The notes under the pieces: generated by a model
What the model saw: the letters and a program-made list of their open reading frames with translations, nothing else
The model's database searches: none
What the model was told of the DNA's origin: nothing
Part shown: positions 1-13,116 of the stretch, one piece after another
How the letters are laid out: the number at the start of each line of letters is the position of its first letter
How positions within the stretch are numbered: position 1 is the first letter of the stretch
Position numbers and translations under genes: made by a program
Assembly: GCA_043228905.1 (NCBI GenBank)
Contig: JBHGNT010000022.1
Span: forward strand, 7,564,001 to 7,628,000
Reading direction: 5' to 3'
DNA length: 64,000 nucleotides
From: Azolla caroliniana
Lineage: Eukaryota; Plantae; Polypodiophyta

Positions 1-2112
1 AAGTTCCGGAAACATTCGAGAACTTCGCTCTTCCATTCGATGAGGTAGATCAACGTGTGCCGGTTGTAGTCGTCGATGAAGGAGACAAAGTATTGACTCC
101 CGCCAAGACTAACGTTCTATGCCGGTCCCCATATATCCGAATGTATTAGATCGAGCTTGTTACGGCTCCGATTTCGTTTGGTGGGGAATGGAAGCCGGTG
201 TTGCTTCCCAAGTTGGCAGGCTTCACAAATTTTGGTCTTCCAGACGCTAAATTTCGGCAAACCGAAGACAACTTGTTTTGATTGCAGGTCCTGAAGCCTC
301 CGGTAGTTGACATGGCCGATCCGCTTGTTTCACAGGTCAATGTCCGACTCGACCTTCTGCCCTTTTGCAAACATGGCGGTGCCAACGTCATTGGTGTTGA
401 GGATGAACATCCTCCCTTCTCTGCACCCTTGCGCAATTATCCAGCCTTCATCCTCGATGAAGCACCCTAGGTGTGTAAACCGCACCTGCATCCCCTAGTC
501 GACAATTTGTCCAACTAACACCAGGTTCTTTGTGATAGTCAAAACGTGTAGTACGTTCATCAACTTCCCCTTTTGTCCGACATGGCTTAAAGGAACTTCT
601 CCGACATGCACAATCGGGTGAGGGGTGTCGTCTCCGGTTTTGACAATCCCCGGTTGTTCCCACTTCTCCAAAAAAAGAGAACCACTCTTCATGGCTCGTC
701 ATGTGGTTGGACGCTCCGGAATCAACGTACCATACTTCCTCCAATTTGGAAGTAGTCTTCTTCATCGAGTTAGCCTTGTGCTTCATCACGAAGGTTGGCC
801 CTTTACCGGTTTTCCCGGTTCCAGATCCTTTCGATCCTTCCATGTAGTGCGAGCTTTGCTTGTGCGTGCTTCTTCCAGCACTCACTTTCCTTGTGGCCCT
901 TTTTGCCATAGTACCAGCATTCCATGTCGGCCTTTCCTTGATAGTTCCCGGCGCCGCTTTGACTCCCCCTGCTTGTGGAGGGTCCGGAACATCTGTCGGC
1001 ACCACCTCTGTGCCTCCGGTCCTGCTCTTGCCGGCCGCCTCCATTGGGGCTGATCTGTCTCCGTGTACAACATCCATCCGTCCGATTGAGTGGTCCTTGA
1101 CCCACTTGCGTGGTTATCTTCGACCATCAGTATCGATTGCAAGCCGAAGAAAGACGGTGGTTTCTCCCTGGTGCAGATCATTGTCCGAATTGGCCCATAC
1201 CTTTGCGCTAGACCATCGAGGAAGATTTGTACCATCTCGTGTTCGTCCATCGTCACGTTGATGGACCGAGTGCATCGCAAATCTCCTTTATCTTGGTGGT
1301 GTAATCCATAACCGACATGTCTCTTTGCCGGAGCTGCAACTTACGGGCTGCGGTACTTGCAGCGAAAATCTTCCTCAAAATTCCCCAAGCCTCCTTCGGC
1401 GTTTTTGCATCCTTTCTGTAGCCGAGCATCTGGTCGTGCACACAGGATGTGAGGCAGTACAATACTCGGCTCACTCCTTGCTCCCATACTGGGAAGTCAT
1501 TGTGTGCTGGCTCCAGTCCTACCTCATTCGTTCCTTCCACAAAGCTCCAATATCCATGCCCCAGCAGGTACTGGTGCATTTTATATGACTAGGACACGTA
1601 GTTGCTCCAGTCGAGCTTCTCTGTTGGATGCAGAGGTTCTCAACCCTCGCGCTTTGATACCATGTGAATGTAAATGTGCGGAAGCGTTAGACAAAACCGG
1701 CTCAGCCAGATAGCAACAGAGAATAAGATGAAGGTTTAATGGAGAAGCTTAATACATAGAGAGTATACGCGGGAGAGACAACGAGAGCAGAATGTAAGCG
1801 TAGATTCAAAAAATGAAAATACTCTGTAACTCCGTACATACAACGTGCTAAATAACACTATTTATACAATTCCATAAAGGACTGACAGAAGTATTGTTAG
1901 GTACTTCAATATTCCTACGTGCGATTGACACTAACTACGAGACAATGATTACCTAGTAGTTTAGGCTACTACTAGGCTTCCGGTTCCCGCTTGAATCCGG
2001 CTCTTCAATCCGTCTCCCCGATCCGGCCGGTTGTTTCCGGATACCATCCGGATGCCGATCCGGCTTAGGCTTCTTCAGCCGATCCGGATTCGGTTGAGCT
2101 TCTCGGTCAAAA
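1..2112 (-). mobile_element. Degenerate Ty1/copia element, 5' part (LTR, PBS, gag, protease, GAG-pre-integrase, start of integrase)
   Basis: Minus-strand ORF pieces: gag (YLLGHGYWSFVEG), zinc knuckle CWYYGKKGHKESEC, protease WYVDSGASNHM. PBS at 1651-1662. LTR about 1663-2112 resembles the LTR at 5645. Many frameshifts and stops. Confidence 0.9.
1651..1662 (-). promoter_or_regulatory. PBS, tRNA-iMet type (TGGTATCAAAGC)
   Basis: Reverse complement of gctttgatacca, directly next to the LTR end ...CA. Confidence 0.85.
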
Positions 2113-2580
2113 AAAAGAAAGCAATGTTAAGGTATGATGCCATAGGCCATAAAGCAGCTCTAGAAAGCAAATGATTTAGGTTAAAATGGGATTTTTGTCA
2201 CTTAAAAACTCTACACAATGAAGTCGTTTAGAAGTTTGAATTTACTCACATTTGAATTTTGCATGCTAGTAATATGGAAAGCAACCATGTTCCGTAACTC
2301 AAAAAACCAAATCCAACTAGAAAGATATCATTAGATATGTACAATGCATGAAATCAAATGGTTTTGAATCCTGGAGCACCATAATCTTGGATGTCATATT
2401 TTGTGAGTATGATGCCATTATGGTATGATGTCCATTCACTACAAAGTTAATTCTAAATTACAAGAAAGTAACTCAAAATATGGAGTGGAATAGAATGGGA
2501 TCAAGATCTACGAGTTTGATGTGAATGGAGATTACTTGATGGAGTCGTGTTTTCAATTGAAAATTAGTGGATCAAGAATC

Positions 2581-5184
2581 TGTTGAGTGACAAGCTCAAC
2601 ATGGGCCGAATCAGCTGAAGAAGCCGAGAGCCGGATGGAACGAAGACCGATCGGCTAGGCCTGAATTGGTTGAATAAGCCAAAAGCTGAACTGGTTGTCG
2701 GGCCGAATCGGCTGGCCATTTTAGATGGAATCTGACAGACCATTAGGGGCCTATATTCCTATTTAGTAAATAGGAATATTATAGGTTGTCCATGTCAAAT
2801 GCTCATTTAATGAGCATTCAAGTACTTGTCAAGGCTTGTATAAAAAGTGCTCTGTGAGCACATTGTATGTAAATTAGCACTAAGCTTTTTTGCAATCGAA
2901 GTTTACTGTTGTCTGCTCCACTCAGTGTCTCTCTCTCTCTCTCACCCTTACTCTATGTTTACCTACTTGTTCATCTTCCGAATAACCGACCGTGTCCTTT
3001 CCGAATAACCTTCTACGTAACGTGTCCACACATATTCTTTTACATGGTATCAGAGTGCGAGGGTTAAGAATCCTCTACAACTGACCAAAAAACAAAAGAC
3101 AAAATAGAGACATTCTTTTCTTCCTGAACAATAGGAACATGGATTGCATGGGCAACTCGCTTCCAACAGAGAAGCTCGATAGAAGCAACTACGCATCTTG
3201 AGCAATGTTTGACAAAATGATCAGTCGGTGGCTGACTAAGCTCGGATCAAGGAGATATGTGACTCCCTTGCCTCCATCAATGTGACGATCGAGGAGGACG
3301 AAATGGTGCAGGTCTGCCTTAGAGAGTTGACGTCAAAATTCAGGGCATTCTGAATGGTGTTATGCATGAGGGAGAATACTCTTTTTTTTTCGAATTGCAA
3401 TCGATGCTACTCGTAGAAGAGAACCACATGGGTGCGTTGACGAGCAGACACACCGACAGTAAGATGCTATACATGGAGGCGAAGAGGGCTCATGGACATG
3501 GAGGACGATGTGAGTCAGCACACAATGGAGGTGGCCGACAGGAGCCGGACAGATGGCATTGAAGTAGTGCCGACAACAGTTCCGAACCCTCCACGAGCAG
3601 GGGGAGTCAAGGCGGCGCTAGAAGCCAGCAAGAGAAGGCCGCAACAGACTACTAGTACTGTGGCCCGACGGGCCACATAGAGAGCGAGTTTTGTAAGAAG
3701 CACGCCAATGCGGATAGAGCTGGATTGAGCCGTGGTGATGTAGATAGGTGTCATTGATCACACTTCGCCGAGAAAGGAGACCGAGCCAAAACGGGCCCCA
3801 CACATGTAATGAAGCACACGAAAAATAAGATGGGAGTACATACCACGAAACCTGGTACATTGATTCTGGAGTGTCAAATCATATGAAGAATCATGTTGAA
3901 TGGTTCTCAAGCTTGGAAAAATCGGAACGCTCGGGAGTTGTCGAGACTGGAAACAACATCGTGCACCCCATCAAATGCCTGGGTGATGTACTGCTCAGCC
4001 ATGTCAGACAAAAAGGGTTGATGCGAAATGTGTTGCATGTTCCGACAATTGCAAAGAACTTGGTATCTGTTGGATAGATTGTTGATCATGGCATGCAGGT
4101 CCGATTTAATCACCATGGCTGCTGCTTCATTAAGGACAAGGACCAACTGATAGTGCAAGGGCGCAGAGATGGGAGGATGTTTATCCTTGAAACAAATGAT
4201 GTTGGCACTACGATGTTTGCAAGAGAACAAGCACTTCGATGTTTTTCCTCTTGCAAACATCAACATGTGGCACAAGCAGGTCAGCCACATCAATTATCAA
4301 AAGCTTCAAGAACTTCGGTCGAAGCAGGTGGTTTTCGGACTGCTAAAGTTCAGTGGCCAGAAGGCCTAGATATGTGAAGCTTGTCAACTTGGGAAGCAAC
4401 ATAGGCTTCCATTCCCCAATGAAAAGAATCAGAGTCGGAATCAACTTGACTTAATCCACACGGATGTATGGGACTGGAAAGTTGTGCGAGCATGGGCGGG
4501 AGTCGATATTTCGTCTCCTTCATCGACGACTTCAGTCGGCACACTCGGGTGTACCTCATTGAGAAGAAGAGCAAAGTCTTTTCTGGTTTCCGGAACTTGA
4601 AAAGTCTACTCGAAAGTGAAACAAAGAGGAAAATCAAGTGTTTGCGGCCGGATGGTGGAAGGGAATACTTTTCCGGCCAGTTCACAAGTTATCTACAACA
4701 AAAAGGATTTCGAAGGGAGTTCTCCTACAGATACATGCCGGAGCAGAATGACATTGCCGAGAGATGGAATTGGATGCTAGTAGACGTGGCTAGGGCGATG
4801 CTGGAGGAGAAAAGCATGCCTATAAGTTATTGGGCTGTAGCGATATGGACAATAGTATACATACAAAATAGGATTTCTACCTCTAGAGCAAAAGTGTCGT
4901 TGTACGAATTGTACTTCAGGCAGAAACCAAATTTTGCGCACTTCAGGGTATTCAGCAATATCGCATGCGTGCACCAGCCGGATGAGAGACGGAAGAAGCT
5001 AGATGCCAAGACCGAGAAGTGTATCTTGGTCAACTACTTCCACGAGTAGAAGGGGTACAAGTGCTACAACCCCCCGAAGAAGCAAGTGTGGGTGAGCCGC
5101 GATGTCGTCTTTGACGAATCAACGTCTTGGTACTCCCTTCCATCTCCGACTCCCGAAGGCTCCGAGTTGATTGTTGGGGATGAG
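2581..5184 (+). mobile_element. Degenerate, 3'-truncated Ty1/copia element
   Basis: LTR 2581-3044 (TG...CA); PBS TGGTATCAGAG from 3045; decayed gag and protease (WYIDSGVSNHM); integrase core ORF 4468-5049 (YFVSFIDDFSR...DGGREY). Confidence 0.9.
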
Positions 5185-5230
5185 TGTTGATGGGTGGGGG
5201 TGGAGCCAAGAATGGCTCCACCCCCCTCCC

Positions 5231-5325
5231 TGTTGGGAACTGAAGCCGTCCATGCGGAAACATCAACAACACCTTGAGGTGAAGATCGCCGAGTTAGCAT
5301 GTGTAAGCAAGATACAACAAAGAAT

Positions 5326-5359
<34 letters not shown>

Positions 5360-5586
5360 AAGAGGCACACAATGTAACAATATTATTCAGAATCGTTACA
5401 ATACAATGGAGGCGGCCGCTCTCTAACAATAGCAACAACTTTATGAGCTAGGTTACAACGTCCTTTATATACCAATTGGGCTAGGGCAATTGCCCTTTGA
5501 CATATTTACTTAAATGTCCTTAAACCTAGACTGTCCAGAAGATAGTGTGAATACGACCATTAGATACCCATATTAAACACTCCCTC
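5231..5586 (-). mobile_element. 3' LTR (5231-5579) plus PPT of a minus-strand copia
   Basis: Minus strand reads GTATACGTCCATTACGAGGGAG-TGT..., nearly the same PPT context as 20879-20903; contains an (AG)n tract; ends ...CCCAACA. Confidence 0.7.
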
Positions 5587-6473
5587 GTAATGGACGTATA
5601 CAACAAAGATATGTAGAAAGAATTAATAAGAGTTACAAATTATATGTTGAGCGAGCAAGCTCAACTGGATCCGGATCGGTTGAATAAGCCAGAGCCGGAT
5701 CGACATTCGGAAGGATGGGCCGAATCGGTATCCGGAAACAACCGGCCGGATCGGGGAGATGGATCGGAGAGCCGGATTCGAGTGTAAACCGAAAGCCTAG
5801 TAGTAGCCTAGACTACTAGGTAATCATTGTCTCGTAGTTAGTGTCAATCGCTCGTATGAGCATTGAAGTACATAGTACTTCAGTCAGTCCTTTTGAGGAC
5901 TTGTATAAATAGTGTTGTTTAGCACGTTGTATGTACAAAGTGTTTTTATTATTTTGAATCTACATTTACGTTCTGCTCTCTCTATCTCTCCCGGATCAAC
6001 CAGGAGTTGTCGAAACCAGAGACGACACTCCTCGCCCGATTGTGCATGTCGGAGAAGTCCCTTTGAGCCATGTTGGATAGAGGGGGAAGTTGATGAACGT
6101 ATTACATGTTCCGACGATCACAAAGAATCTGCTGTCGGTCGGACAAATCGTCAACCAAGGGATGTACGTGCGGTTTACGCACCTAGGGTACTTCATCAAG
6201 GAAGAGGGCCAGATTATTGTGCAAGGGCGCAGAGATGGGAGGATGATCATCCTCGACACAAACGACGTCGGCACCGCCATGTTTGTCAAAGGACAAAAGA
6301 TTGAATCGGACATCGATCTTTGGCACAAGCGGATTGACCACGTCAATTACCAGAGGCTTCAAGACTTGCAATCGAAACAAGTTGTTTTTGGTTTGCCGAA
6401 ATTTGTGAAGCCTGCCAAATCAGGAAGCAACACCGGCTTCCATTCCCTACCGAACGAAACTGGAGCTGTAACA

Positions 6474-6862
6474 TGTTGGCCGGTCAGAAGAGCAAGGACA
6501 AGTGGGAAGGCGGAGTCGGATCGGATAATAGGAAGTAAATAATAGTATATTTATTATTCGGAGGGACGGATCCGGTACAGTGGTACCGATCTGGATCCGG
6601 ACCGATTCGGATGCCGGTTGCCTAAGCGCACCGATTGTAACCTTGCCGGATGCCTATAAAAGGATCCGATGATTTGTAAATGCTTTACGGAAGTAATACA
6701 AATATACTTATTGCGTGTTTATCTTTGTCTTTGTATTGTTTTACCGTCTGTGCTTAGTGTAATCATCTTACGCGTGTAACCTAGTATCCAATCCTTACCA
6801 CCCCTTTGGAGAAGTGTCGGATAGACACCTGTGTTGAGGCTAGTCCGGCCAGGCATACAACA
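6474..6862 (+). repeat. Gypsy 5' LTR
   Basis: TGTTGGCCGG...CATACAACA; TATA-like CTATAAA near 6654; direct repeat of 21779-22167. Confidence 0.97.
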
Positions 6863-6868
6863 CTATTT

Positions 6869-6878
6869 TGGCGACCAC
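6869..6878 (+). promoter_or_regulatory. PBS, tRNA-Arg type (TGGCGACCAC)
   Basis: Starts with TGG 6 nt after the LTR end; fits the recalled 3' end of plant tRNA-Arg(UCG), ...GUGGUCGCCA. Confidence 0.75.
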
Positions 6879-6914
6879 GATTCCTGCAAAGTGTAGAGGA
6901 CAACCGGGGGATGG

Positions 6915-9900
6915 ATGTCTAGACCAAACGACGACCACATCACCGAACGAGGGAGACGATACACCGAACGAGAGCAACGACGGGAAGCCCTACAACAAGC
7001 CGTCGACGAGATCCGGCGAGATCGGTCATTCTCCAGAACTCTTCGGAGAGTCGTAGAAGAAGCACTGCAGTTCCGGGTTCTGCAAGTCCCCGACGAAGGC
7101 AGTAGCATAACAAGCCTGCAAGAGGCGGAAACGATACTACAGACGCTCGCCGGTGGCGACGGGGACTCGGAAGCATTCGCAACACTCGAGGCGGAGTCGG
7201 AAAGTGACGGAAGCGTTGTGTCCCGGTATAAAAGCAGCCACGACACACCAAACGACTCGGGGGAAGAGGAGTCGGAAGACTCAGTAACACCGGAGCCAGA
7301 GGAAGAAATAACCTTGGAGTTCGGTGACCGGCAATCGCCGAGGGAGGCTGACCGGATACCGACAACACCCGCGAAGGAACCGAAGGACCGGACACCGACA
7401 ACACTTGCGGAGGAACCGAAGGAGCGGATACCGACAACACCCGCGGAGGAACCAAAGGACTGGACACCAGCAACACCCGCAGAGGAACTGAAGGAGCGGA
7501 TACCGGCACCAACCGCGGAGGAACCGAAGGTTCTCACACCGACGCCAATAGCGGACAGAGAGCGGAGATAGCAGGAGAGTCAGTTGGACGACACGATGCC
7601 GTACCCATACCCAAAGTACCGGGATGAGCCCGACGCGGAGGCACACGTGTACGCATTCCTCCAAACATGGGAAGCCAACCATGTTTCCCAAAGACTGACG
7701 GAGCCCGAAGCCGAACGATCCAAAGTCGCCGAATTCGGCATGACCTTAGAAGGACCGGCGGCCCGATGGCACACAAAGCACTTACCGGGCAGCTTTGCCA
7801 CATTCGATGCCTTGAAGGCCAAATTCCTCAGGCTTTTTCACAAACAAGTTGAGCAAAGGGAATTGGTCGGGCAGTTCTACACCACCCAGCAGGAAGAGAA
7901 TGAGACTATGCCACAATTCATCATTCGGTTTCAGACCCCGCACAGCCAACTGACGAGAGCACCACCCGAAGAAGAAGCCAAAGCAGTCTTTTTGGCCGCA
8001 CTAAAAGAGCCACTTCGAACGATGTGCGGAGTCCTTGATTTCCGCACCAGCACAATGGACCAAGTTATTGATCGGGTCTTAGAAATGGACAAGACTAGCT
8101 CCTTCTTGTCGATGGGGATGTTACACCGGGCACTCCCGAAGGAGGAAGACCTGAGGTTCCGACAGGCCTTACAATGCACAACATGCCTAAATTCGGGCCA
8201 CTCAACGGTAGACTGCAACCTGCGGACACAATGTATGATCTGCAACTCTCGAGCCCATACAACGGACCGATGCGAATATAACTTGTTAAATCGGCAGGCG
8301 GCACCAGTTCGACACATAGAACCGCGCAATCAGGACCCGGATGAGGATCGATTCCGGAGAGACGACCGCTACCAACGCGAACGCGGTAACAGATACGCTG
8401 ATAGAAGACGCGATAACTATGACCGAGAGGAGAAACGCAGAGATAGCTACCCCTGGGACCGGTACGACCGAGACGAATCCCCGGAATACGAACGACGCAG
8501 AGAAGAGAGGCGACAAGGGAACCGGAATTTCCGACGGAATCAGAAGTGTGGATTTTTCCGAAGAGAGGAACATCGGGAGGCAGCAAGGAATGACAACCCG
8601 GTATCGGTACCGGATAACCGAAAAACCGAAGACGACCGCCGAAGTATACCCACCCCCCAAACCGGGGACAAAGGAGAAACGAGCAACAGTCACAAGGTGT
8701 ACTGTTATTACTGCCGTAAGGAGGGCCATTATAGTAACCAATGCCCAAGCAAAACCAATGACAAGCAGCCGACAGTCAACATGGTTACAGCCGAAATAAC
8801 GGAAGTGCAGCAGGTCACAACCCGGTCAAAGGGGAAGGCGGCCGAGTGGGAAGCCCAGGAGGCAATTAGAAAACAAGCGGCGCAATGGATCAAGGAGGCC
8901 AATGAACAGAATGCGGCAGAAGTAAGAGACCAAAATATGCCAAAAGACGAAGAAATCATACAGCCAGGAGAAAACCCGACGTGGCAAGAGCTCCAGGACT
9001 GTCAAATCGTGCTGCCGTTAGCACGGCTACTACAGTTGGTGCCACGGTTTACGGCAGACTTACAGGCATCCGTGAGCAAACCGAAGCCGACGCCAGCACC
9101 GGCATTCTTCTCCAACCCGGAGGAAGGACTAGCTGTGGTCGATACAAGTAGCCCGGCGATCACGGCAATCGTGAAAGGAAAGGAAATTGCCGGAACAATT
9201 ATTGACGGAGGCTCCAGGGTAAATGTCATCAGCCGACAAACATGTGACAACCTGGGCATCCGGGAATGGGAACCATGCCCCTTCTGGTTACGCATGGCGG
9301 ATACCAGCTCAGTCCGACCGACCGGGCTTATCCGGGATTTGGAAGTAACGATCGGAGGCCACGTATTCCGGATATCGGCCGTAGTGCTGCAACTGAATGT
9401 ACAAGGCGCGTACCCCCTACTGCTAGGACGACCATGGCTGCGAACGACGCATATCAAGCAGAATTGGCAAAAGAACATGATCACATTCCGGCGAGGGAAA
9501 ACAAAGGTACGAGTAGCGACGCAACCACGGGTGATCGCCAGTAAGGAAGCAACTCCATTGTATGCGGAAAGCATCAACATGTTGGAGGGATTACCGGACG
9601 AGGAAGTCGATCGGTACCTCGAGGAACACCCACGAATCGTCCCACTATTTGAGGTGGATATCACGGCGGCAGTAGAACCGTACATCACGACGCCGGACGA
9701 ACCGGACCAAGCGGCGATCCGGGAACTGCGACAAGCGCAGGAATCCCTAGAGAGGGTGATGACGATATCCCAGAGGGTAAAAGCATCCCAACTAGAGGAG
9801 GTGGACCTCGGCACAACAGACAAGCCCCGACCGGTAAATGTCGCAAAGGAATTGCCGAAGGAAGAAAAGAAGGCAATGGTAGCATTATTAACAGACTTCA

Positions 9901-12797
9901 AGGATGTGTTTGCGTGGTCATACGAAGACATGCGAGGGCTGGACCCCCAGCTCTATCAACACCAAATTCACCTAAGTACGGACGCGAAACCGATCGGTCA
10001 ACGCAGGTACCAGATGAATCCGAATTATGCGGCGAAGGTGAAGGAGGAGATTGATAAGCTCCTCCGGGTCAGATTTATCCGACCGGTCAAGCAGGCAACC
10101 TGGCTGAGTCCGATAGTAGTGGTCCCGAAAAAGAACGGCAAAATCCGGGTATGTGTGGACTACCGGAAACTAAATGCCGCAACGGTGACCGATGCGTTTC
10201 CACTACCATTTACGGACGGGGTGTTAGATGCGGTAGCCGGCCACGAAGTTTATAGCTTCCTGGATGGATTTAGCGGTTACAACCAAATACGAATGAACCC
10301 GGCCGACCAGGAGAAGACAACGTTCGTTACGGAATGGGGAGTGTTTGTCGCGGTCGTGATGATGTTCAGACTAAAGACGGCCCAAGCGACCTTTCAAAGG
10401 ATAATAATGGAAATTTTCGGGGAATATATCCCCGGTTTTATGCAGGTCTTCCTTGAAGATTTCGCGGTCTACAGCCGGCACGGAGAGCATCTCGATCACC
10501 TCCGGCTGTGCTTAGAAAAGTGCCGCGAGTACCGGTTGAGTCTGAACCCGGCCAAGTGCGTCTTTGGAGTGGCAAGCGGCAACTTGCTAGGGCACGTGGT
10601 GAGTAAGGAAGGAATCGCGGTAGATCCGGATAAAGTAAAGGCGATTCTCGAGGCACCGGCACCAAATAACGCAAAGGCTTTAAGCCGGTTCCTGGGCCAA
10701 ATAAGGTGGCATAGCCGGATGATACGACACCTCGCAGACTTCGCTACACCATTGCATGCCGCTGTACACAGGGTACCCTTCCTATGGGCGGAGACGGAGG
10801 AGAAAGCCTACCAAGCGCTGAAGGTTATGCTGTCACAAGCTCCGGTGGTGCAACCGCCGGATTGGAGTAAAAGCTTTCACGTCTTCATCGACGCGTCGGA
10901 CGTAGCAATCGGCAACGTTCTGATGCAACTCACGGAGCCGAAATGGTACCGGCCGGTGTACTACGCAAGCCGGAAACTCTCAAAAGCCGAACGGAACTAC
11001 TCTACGACGGAACGAGAGGCATTAGGAATGGTGTATAATGTCACAAAGTACAGGCACTATCTGCTCGGAAGGAAGTTTTCCTTCCATGTCGACCATTCGG
11101 CACTACTCTACCTGGTCTCGAAGGCATCCCTGACGGGAAAAATTTCACGATGGACACTACTGTTACAGGAATTTGAATTCGACATATTCCACCGACCCGG
11201 GGCGCAGCATGCGGTAGCGGACCACCTAAGCAGACTCGAATCCGGAGAAGCAGGGGACGGCGTACAGGATGAGTTCCCCGACGCCGAGTTGTTCCGGATC
11301 ACAACGGAACCGGAAACGGATGCAACGGTAGCCGATGAAGACAAGTGGCTAACCGAGATGCATCAGTTCTTGAGCACCGGAGTACCCCTGGAGAACATGG
11401 ACCGCGATGAAAGGAAAAGGGTAGCAGTAAGAAGTAGACATTTCTGCTTGGTTGGAGACACTCTCTATCACAAGGGGGTAGATGGCAACTGGAGACGAGC
11501 AGTGCGGAGCGATGAGAAGGATCTAATCCTCAGGGAAGCCCACTGTGGAATTGCCGGCGGGCATTATGCCGGCGACGAAACCGCTCGGAAAATATGGCAG
11601 AGCGGACTGTGGTGGCCCACCACCCTAAAAGATGCCGTGAAGTATAGCAGAGAATGCGATTTGTGTCAACGACTGGGCCAACCCACGGAGCAGGCCCGGA
11701 TGCCACACCACCCGGTCTTGCCATTGGAACCATTTCAAAAGTGGGGTTTGGACTTTGTCGGTCCCTTCAAGCCACCGGCAATGTGAACCGGAAATCGGTA
11801 TGTCATAGTGGCGACCGACTATTGCACCAAATGGGTGGAAGCAAAGGCCTTACGGGACAACACGGCCGCTTCCACGGCAAAGTTCCTGTACGAGTGCATA
11901 TGGTGCCGGTATGGATGCCCGATCGAGCTTATAAGTGACAAAGGAGGACACTTTCTCGGGCAGGTAGTAGAAAGCCTGACGTCATTTTACGCGGTGGTAC
12001 ATAAAAGGAGTACTCCCTACTACCCTCAAGCCAATGGACTAGCGGAATCGACGAACAAAACTCTGCAGAACATCCTACGAAAAATCGTCAACGAGAACCG
12101 GACCGACTGGGATACGAAATTGCAGAGCGCGCTATGGGCGTACCGAACAACGTACAAAACCAGCATCCGGACAACCCCGTTCCGACTAGCATTCGGCTTA
12201 GAAGCGGTCATGCCGGTAGAGTTCCAGATCCCCAGCTTACGGATCCAGGTAAAGGAGCGCTTAAGTGAGAAGGAGTCCGAACGAATCCGGCTGGCGACGT
12301 TGTTGGAATTAGAAGAAAACCGAATAGCCAGCTTACTACAACTCGAACTGGAGCAAAGGAGGAGAAAAGCTTTCGTGGACCGACACCGGCGTGGCAACGA
12401 AAAGGAGTTCGAAGTCGGAAAACCGGTGCTACTGTTCCAGACACGGATGGGGAACATGCCGGGAAAGTTGCGGTTTCGGTGGACCGGACCGTTCTGGATC
12501 ACCAAGGAGTACAATGGGTCGTATCAGCTCGGCACGTTGTCTGGAGAAGTCATCGGTAAGTGGGCAAATGGGTTTCGGCTAAAGCCGTATAAGGGACATA
12601 TGCCAGCCAACCCGTTCAAGCAAGACCCGGAAATCCGGCACGATGAGGAACCGACACCGACAGACGCTGCTGTAGAAATCCGGACCGAGGAAGAACCGAC
12701 ACCGATACCGACAAAGACTATCCCGGAAAACCGACAGAAGGAGATTCCGGTATCAGCGCGAACCGACCCGAACAAATCGGGCGGGACCGGAAAATGA
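6915..12797 (+). pseudogene. gag-pol: Gypsy Gag-Pol polyprotein: one frame with two in-frame stops (7569-7571, 11784-11786)
   Basis: ORFs 6915-7571, 7584-11786 and 11808-12797 share one frame. CCHC knuckles; protease IIDGGSRVNV; RT (RVCVDYRKLN, FLDGFSGYNQI, FLED instead of FLDD); RNase H (FIDASD...YSTTEREAL); integrase zinc finger and core; WTGPF (GPY/F) motif. Confidence 0.93.
7355..7550 (+). repeat. 36-bp coding tandem repeat (PTTPAEEPKERI-like, about 5 copies)
   Basis: Repeated ccgacaacacccgcggaggaaccgaagga units. Confidence 0.85.
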
Positions 12798-12971
12798 CGT
12801 GATCCAAAAAAAGAAAAAAAAGAAAAAAAAAAAAAATCAAAGTAATGATGATGGGGAGATCACAAGAGGTGGGAGCGCCACCATTCAATGAAGAGGCGCC
12901 ATGAAGTAAAGGAGGACGTGCGCGTACTTGCTATTTAAAGCATAGAACGTGGGCACCGACGTACGAGGTAT

Positions 12972-13116
12972 TATGCACGCGCGGCAATCAAGAGAAGAGT
13001 TGCTAATGATGACAGGAGATATGCACACGTGGCAATCAAGAGAAGAATTGCTAATGATGACAGGAGATATGCACACGCGGCAACCAAGAAAGGACATGCT
13101 AATTATGGCGGGAGAT
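12972..13116 (+). repeat. 48-bp tandem repeat x3 between pol and the 3' ORF
   Basis: ATGCACACGTGGCAATCAAGAGAAGAATTGCTAATGATGACAGGAGAT and variants. Confidence 0.85.
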
